Source of the DNA: a virus | Lineage: Duplodnaviria; Caudoviricetes | Strand: one strand, 5' to 3' | DNA: 48,975 nt | IMG/VR virus record: IMGVR_UViG_3300043540_000102 | Location: 1-48,975 of that record | In this document: in pieces, positions 44,225 through 48,975 of the stretch | Position numbering within the stretch: position 1 is the first letter of the stretch | Layout: every line of letters begins with the position of its first letter | Program-made: the position numbers and the translations under genes | Notes under the pieces: model-generated | The model's database searches: none | Told to the model about the DNA's origin: nothing | What the model saw: only the letters and a program-made list of their open reading frames with translations

Positions 44225-45247
44225 ATGGCTGTTGCCGGTGGCGCCTTTGTTCAGGTGCATCCTTCCTATTTCATGCCCGAAGCGCTTCTGCCCTACTCGC
44301 AAGCGAGCGGCGCATTCGACCTTCTCCCCGGCGGCGGCCCTCTTGTCCGCCTCTCGGATGGTGATCTTTACGCCTACATCAAGCGGATTGACATACGCAC
44401 CAAGATGGCGGCGGGCCAGAGCGCCTACAACCAGTTGCCCGGGGTCAGCTTCGCGCTGTCGCAGATCAGCACGCCCACCTATCTCCTCCGGGTGCGCGCG
44501 GAATACGATCACCACGACACGGCGAACATGTCGCGTTGGGGCATCGGCATTACCGAAGCCTACCGGCTCGGCATGCGTCAGGCGACGTTCCAGCTGATGC
44601 GCAACGCGCTGCTCTACGGCATGAACCCGACCAATGGCGAAGGGCTCATGAATACGAATGGCGCCACAGCCATTCCGTTGCCCCCGGACAGCAACAACAA
44701 TGACACCGTCGTCACCTATGACAACGGCCAGATGGCCTTCTTCCTCATCAGCCAAATTTCGGCGATGAAGTCGCGGACCAACCAGCTGGGCATCGGCCGC
44801 AAGTTCACGATCCTCGGGCCACAGCGCGTCCTCGGCGCGTTCGAATATCAGAACATCGTCCAGCTCACCCAGTTCCAGCGTCAGGGCGCGGGCTCCGCTA
44901 CGACGGCGGGCCTCGTCAAGGACGTTCTGGAGATGAACGATGACGAACTGCTCTGGGCCTATGACGACACGCTCATTGGTAAGGGCGCGGGCGCAACCGA
45001 TGCGGTCATCATCGTGATGACCGAAGTCGAACAGCCCAAGAACGGCAGAATCAACACCAACGAATTTGCCAAGCTGACCCCGTCAATCGAAGCCTGCACC
45101 CTGATGTTGTGCGACATGGCGGCCCCCAAGGAAATCCCGACCCCACTGGCCGGTGGCGCCATTGACGTGCTGAGCGAACTGCGCATCACGTCGGGCTGGG
45201 GAATTCGTCCGGAAGCGGTCACCATCATCTCGATGCAGTACCAGTGA
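44225..45247 (+). CDS. Major capsid protein
   Basis: 340 aa; LYG...GL-x-N and C-terminal T-x-G-x-x-x-RPEA HK97-fold signatures; strong codon bias. Confidence 0.85.
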   Translation: MAVAGGAFVQVHPSYFMPEALLPYSQASGAFDLLPGGGPLVRLSDGDLYAYIKRIDIRTKMAAGQSAYNQLPGVSFALSQISTPTYLLRVRAEYDHHDTANMSRWGIGITEAYRLGMRQATFQLMRNALLYGMNPTNGEGLMNTNGATAIPLPPDSNNNDTVVTYDNGQMAFFLISQISAMKSRTNQLGIGRKFTILGPQRVLGAFEYQNIVQLTQFQRQGAGSATTAGLVKDVLEMNDDELLWAYDDTLIGKGAGATDAVIIVMTEVEQPKNGRINTNEFAKLTPSIEACTLMLCDMAAPKEIPTPLAGGAIDVLSELRITSGWGIRPEAVTIISMQYQ

Positions 45248-45383
45248 GTTAATGGGGGCTTCGGCCCCTGTTAATGGGCGCGGCGGGGCTTCCTCCAGGA
45301 CACCATACCGGGTCCGACCCGCCAAGTGGTTCCAGAGGCGCTTGGCGGGTCTCCCCATATCTCTGGAAACTCTGGGGACGAAT

Positions 45384-45911
45384 ATGGATATGTATATCGC
45401 CAACGCCACCAAACACGCGGTGGAATTCGCTTACCGGCTTCCCGAGCGCTCCGGTGTCATCACCCAGCGCGTCCCGATTGGGGGACAGGTGAAACTCTCC
45501 GGGGACCTCTCCACCACGGATATCGACGCCGTTGTGAAGCAATACAGCAAATACGGGCTGATCAAAGCCGACGACATCGACATTTCGAAAGGGGCCTTCA
45601 CGGGCCTCTGCTACAGTGTCGGCCGCGCCGTCCATGTGGACAAGATTCGCCGCGCCATGGAGCGCAACGAGGACGTTCTGGAAGAGCTTGGCCAGCAGAT
45701 GCGGAAAGAAGCCGCTGTGGCCGCCAACAACCAGATCGAAGGCGACACCGGCTCGCCGCTCAAGACCCTCGACATGTCGGTGCGGGAGCTGGAGCCTTCG
45801 GGGGGCTTCAAGGATGAAGGTCTCACGCACGTGGATGAGAACATTCGCGTGACGCGCGACGCGGGGGCGATGGCCACCCCGGCGAAGAAGCCATCATACA
45901 AGCGCAGCTGA
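45384..45911 (+). CDS. Virion-associated hypothetical protein
   Basis: Start MDMYIAN; follows the capsid gene and a GGGGC-TTCG-GCCCC hairpin. Confidence 0.6.
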   Translation: MDMYIANATKHAVEFAYRLPERSGVITQRVPIGGQVKLSGDLSTTDIDAVVKQYSKYGLIKADDIDISKGAFTGLCYSVGRAVHVDKIRRAMERNEDVLEELGQQMRKEAAVAANNQIEGDTGSPLKTLDMSVRELEPSGGFKDEGLTHVDENIRVTRDAGAMATPAKKPSYKRS

Positions 45912-45924
45912 TCGAGGAAATGCA

Positions 45925-46395
45925 GTGGACCCGACCATCGAAGGCTATTTGAACTTCATCCGGGGCATCATGGGTGTCCCGGTTGGAGCTCTGGCCGACG
46001 ATAGCCCATACATTGAATGGTCCTACGATTGGGCGCTGAATCTGGTGTACGAGGGCCTTCAACTCGTAGCCAGCCAGCCGACTTCCCCCACCATGTACGT
46101 CATCGCGGTTTACAACTGCGCGGCGGACATGCTGGTTAATATCACGCAGGACGACCCGAACGCGCCCGCGCCCTACAACACGTTCTGGTCGGACCTCCGG
46201 ACCAAGCTGGGCATCAACTCCTTCGTCCCCGGGGTGATCACGTCCAGCAGCGACAGTGGCACCAGCCAGAGCCTGTCCGTTCCAGAGCAGCTCCAGAACC
46301 TCTCCCTTATGGACCTCCAGCAGCTGAAGACGCCTTGGGGGCGCAATTATCTGGCCATTGCCGGGTCTTGGGGACCGATCTGGGGGATCAGCTAA
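45925..46395 (+). CDS. Head-tail adaptor (DUF4054-like)
   Basis: G-x-I-x-S-x-SD-x-x-TS and T-x-WGR-x-YL motifs. Confidence 0.65.
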   Translation: MDPTIEGYLNFIRGIMGVPVGALADDSPYIEWSYDWALNLVYEGLQLVASQPTSPTMYVIAVYNCAADMLVNITQDDPNAPAPYNTFWSDLRTKLGINSFVPGVITSSSDSGTSQSLSVPEQLQNLSLMDLQQLKTPWGRNYLAIAGSWGPIWGIS

Positions 46396-46880
46396 TGGGG
46401 AGCGGGCTCACCCTGCATCTCGGCGTAGCGGATATCCCCTACGCTATTGCCTATACCCCCACAGCCAAGAAGCTGAAGGCAGGGTATCGGAAGTTCCAAC
46501 CGAGCTACGGCAAGGGCAAGACGACCGGGGACGTGGCGGAAATCCTTGAGGCCAAGTACGGCATCATGCAGTTTTTCGCGACCACCTACATGCCGGATAT
46601 CGTCAAGGCCATTGAGGGCTCCTACGCTGGGGCGGTCAAGAACATTCTCGCCGGGGGGCCTTCCGTCGCCCCGACCGCGCAGGCCATGTCCGAAATCCAG
46701 AGCAAGTTCAAGACCTTCCTGACCATGAAAGTCATGGATGGACAGCCGGGGGTTCCGACAGCGGCGGCACAGAGGGGCGTCTCGCATCGCTTCCTGAAGC
46801 CTTACGCACGCCGCTCGCCGCGCCCCTCGTTTATCGACACTGGCTTGTATCAAAGCTCCTTCCGAGCATGGATGGATTGA
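46395..46880 (+). CDS. Neck/tail-completion protein
   Basis: C-terminal P-x-FIDTG-x-Y-x-x-S; TAATG coupling. Confidence 0.6.
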   Translation: MGSGLTLHLGVADIPYAIAYTPTAKKLKAGYRKFQPSYGKGKTTGDVAEILEAKYGIMQFFATTYMPDIVKAIEGSYAGAVKNILAGGPSVAPTAQAMSEIQSKFKTFLTMKVMDGQPGVPTAAAQRGVSHRFLKPYARRSPRPSFIDTGLYQSSFRAWMD

Positions 46881-46881
46881 G

Positions 46882-48237
46882 ATGGCTTCTGTCAACGACG
46901 CAGTAAGTGGGAAGCCCCCGTTGGGTGCGGGTCTCGCAGAAGGCTTGCGCGTCCTCTCAGTTGACCAACAGATCACCTTCGTGCTCTATCGCCGCTACGT
47001 CTTCCCGCTCGACGGCACCGTGTACTGGATCAAGCAGACCAACGACATCAAGGGCGATGACGCCGTGGTCCAGCCCGGGCGGGCCTATGAGGTCTATCGC
47101 AGTGGGGTGAGTGTACAGGCAGTTGGCGGGAATCTCGACGCCCCGGGGATTGTCGGGGGGACGATCACCAACCCGGCCTCGGCCACTGAGAGCCTCTTCG
47201 TCAGCCTCAACGGCCCGACCCGTCCCGATTCGGTGACCGGAGCAATAGAGCTGCTCCCGGGTGAGTCTTTTGATATCCCCCCGGCCCCACTGCAGGGCGT
47301 ATTCGTCAACGCGGCTACCGGCCCGCACCCGTTCGACGTTGAGGTGCTTGAGTCGCAGGAGCCCTTCACAGATTTGCCCGCGACGCTGAGCGTCCCCGGC
47401 TCGCTGCATTACTCCTCCACCACGGAACAGCGCGAGGACATGGTGGTGGATACGAACACCATTGTGTTCTCAGCGCTCTCCGAAATTCAGGAGTTCAATC
47501 GCCTTTCCCCGGAATACATTTATGTGGGGACCTATCGCGGTGAGCGCTTCGCCTTCGCCTCGCGGGGCATGTTCTACGAGCAGGCCGACCTGTTTCACTA
47601 CATGGGACAGTCGCTCAATAACGTCAACTTTACTCAGGTGATCGAGGACGCGGCGGCCTTCGAGCCCGTATTGGTGAACAGCAACAGTCTCCCGGTTTGG
47701 CTCCAGCTTAACGGCTACATCTCCCCCTACGGGGGATTTGAGTGTAACATACCGATCTATCCGGCCTATTTGATCCCGGACAATCTCACCCCGCCTTTCG
47801 TCTCTGTCCGGGTCCTCAGCACCCGGGCGCTTCAGGCGGTGGCGTCGTGGGGACCCAGGATGCAGCACGACCAGCTGACGGCCGACCGGGTGCGCCTGAC
47901 CTTCTTCGGGGCTAGCAACGAAGCCATCATGGACTTCACGGACTTCGTGATCCAGTACATGCGTGACTGGGGCCTCATCGGCTTGATGAATGGCCCGCTC
48001 CCGATAGCCACGGACGAATACCGGGAGCAGCCGGAATTCAAGATTTTGGCTCAGAAGACAACTGTGGAATATGAGGTCAGCTACCTTCAATCGCAGGTCC
48101 GGGACCTCGCGCGCCAGTTCATTCTGGGTGCGAAAGTCCAATATGTTCCCTCCTCGTTGGGTATTGTCGCCCCGCGTGGCCCAGTCTATACTCGCCCGGA
48201 GAACAGCGCGGGCGCTTCACCCTCAACAGGGGCTTGA
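46882..48237 (+). CDS. Neck/tail terminator-like structural protein with an internal extra domain
   Basis: Lies between the neck and sheath genes. Confidence 0.55.
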   Translation: MASVNDAVSGKPPLGAGLAEGLRVLSVDQQITFVLYRRYVFPLDGTVYWIKQTNDIKGDDAVVQPGRAYEVYRSGVSVQAVGGNLDAPGIVGGTITNPASATESLFVSLNGPTRPDSVTGAIELLPGESFDIPPAPLQGVFVNAATGPHPFDVEVLESQEPFTDLPATLSVPGSLHYSSTTEQREDMVVDTNTIVFSALSEIQEFNRLSPEYIYVGTYRGERFAFASRGMFYEQADLFHYMGQSLNNVNFTQVIEDAAAFEPVLVNSNSLPVWLQLNGYISPYGGFECNIPIYPAYLIPDNLTPPFVSVRVLSTRALQAVASWGPRMQHDQLTADRVRLTFFGASNEAIMDFTDFVIQYMRDWGLIGLMNGPLPIATDEYREQPEFKILAQKTTVEYEVSYLQSQVRDLARQFILGAKVQYVPSSLGIVAPRGPVYTRPENSAGASPSTGA

Positions 48238-48240
48238 ACG

Positions 48241-48975
48241 ATGACAATCCAGAATTTTTCCACGGACCCGAACAGCATCGTCAATGTGGTGGTCCAAACC
48301 ATCCAAGCCCCTGCGCCGAACAATTATCAGCAGATGGGGGCTTTTGTTTCCTGCGGCGGCACTACGTTGGACCCACAGGATTACCTTCTGCTGACGGAAT
48401 ATGCGGACCTGGCGGGGGCCATTATCCCGGCGGGCAACGTGTCTTCCATCGTGTGGGCGACGGGCGAGGTGGCCGTTACGCTCTCCGCCCCGATTCCGGC
48501 GCTGTCCAACCTGATCGGCAAAGATGTGCCCATGGTGCTCTCCGGGTTTGCCCCGGCGACCTTCAACAGCCTTGTGCAAGCCACCATCATTACCGACACC
48601 AGCTTCACTTATTCGGCGGCGTCGGACCCTGGCACCCCGCTCACCTACGGAACCGCGCAGCCGCAGGCGGCGGTTGAGCTCAACCAGATGGCCCTCACCT
48701 TCTGGGCGCAGGGTCCGGGTCATTCAGTCTATGTTCTGGAGCTTGGCGCCAGCGCCACAGTGGATGATGAGATGTCGTCCCTGAACACGTGGCTCAACTC
48801 CAACCCCATGTCGTTCTACGGCTATTTGCTGCCGCGCGCGTGGTCCGTGGACGCGATCGCGGCCAAGAAGCTGCTGGATAAGGTGCTCGCCGGTTACGAG
48901 AACCCGGAGGCCATGACCTATTTCTGGGCCACGGTCAATGCGGCGTCCTCGGCGGTCATCCCGGCGGAAGCGAAG
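48241..48975 (+). CDS. Tail sheath protein (DUF3383-like), 3'-truncated by the window; not in the ORF track
   Basis: Frame open from the ATG at 48241 (MTIQNFSTDPNSIVNVVVQTIQAPAP...VYVLELG...FYGYLLPRAW) to the window end. Confidence 0.7.
   Translation, partial: MTIQNFSTDPNSIVNVVVQTIQAPAPNNYQQMGAFVSCGGTTLDPQDYLLLTEYADLAGAIIPAGNVSSIVWATGEVAVTLSAPIPALSNLIGKDVPMVLSGFAPATFNSLVQATIITDTSFTYSAASDPGTPLTYGTAQPQAAVELNQMALTFWAQGPGHSVYVLELGASATVDDEMSSLNTWLNSNPMSFYGYLLPRAWSVDAIAAKKLLDKVLAGYENPEAMTYFWATVNAASSAVIPAEAK

Noticed and set aside
48234-48677. 147-aa ORF from the track
   Set aside because: Wrong frame. The real gene starts at the ATG at 48241 and runs off the window as the tail sheath.
1-48975. 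Prophage, integrase, tRNA or rRNA genes
   Set aside because: No integrase, CI-like repressor, host flanks or cloverleaf/rRNA sequence was recognised by eye. tRNAscan was not run, and part of the genome lies outside the window.

Overview
The window is most of a GC-rich (~62% by eye) tailed dsDNA phage genome, probably a myovirus of an alphaproteobacterium because it carries GcrA-like and GapR/DUF2312-like genes. It starts inside a baseplate J gene and ends inside a tail sheath gene. Tube, tape measure and the remaining baseplate genes fall outside the window, and no integrase is visible. Layout: (+) baseplate, tail fibre and lysis genes (1-4.4 kb); (-) early and accessory arm (4.4-21 kb) with exported small proteins, a family A DNA polymerase and a thymidine hypermodification cluster (dUMP hydroxymethylase-like, HD hydrolase, P-loop kinase, amino acid:DNA transferase, FAD oxidoreductase); (+) replication arm (SSB-like, primase-polymerase/helicase, candidate origin, 5-hmdU DNA kinase, SNF2 helicase, GapR, GcrA, MT-A70), a TnpB-only IS200/IS605 element, and a DUF1073/DUF2213-type head module. 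Main oddities: (1) the hypermodification pathway has a flavin enzyme but no acetyltransferase, PLP enzyme or radical SAM enzyme; instead a split, order-permuted SAM amino-methyltransferase sits in the cluster, bounded by 51-bp direct repeats and next to a 4x26-bp tandem array; (2) an 878-aa Nudix/kinase-like/ADP-ribosyltransferase protein plus a small acidic ORF appear inserted in frame into an ancestral Nudix-DUF2213 head gene; (3) the palindrome CCCCGGGG is strongly over-represented. All family assignments come from motif recognition by eye, not from database searches.
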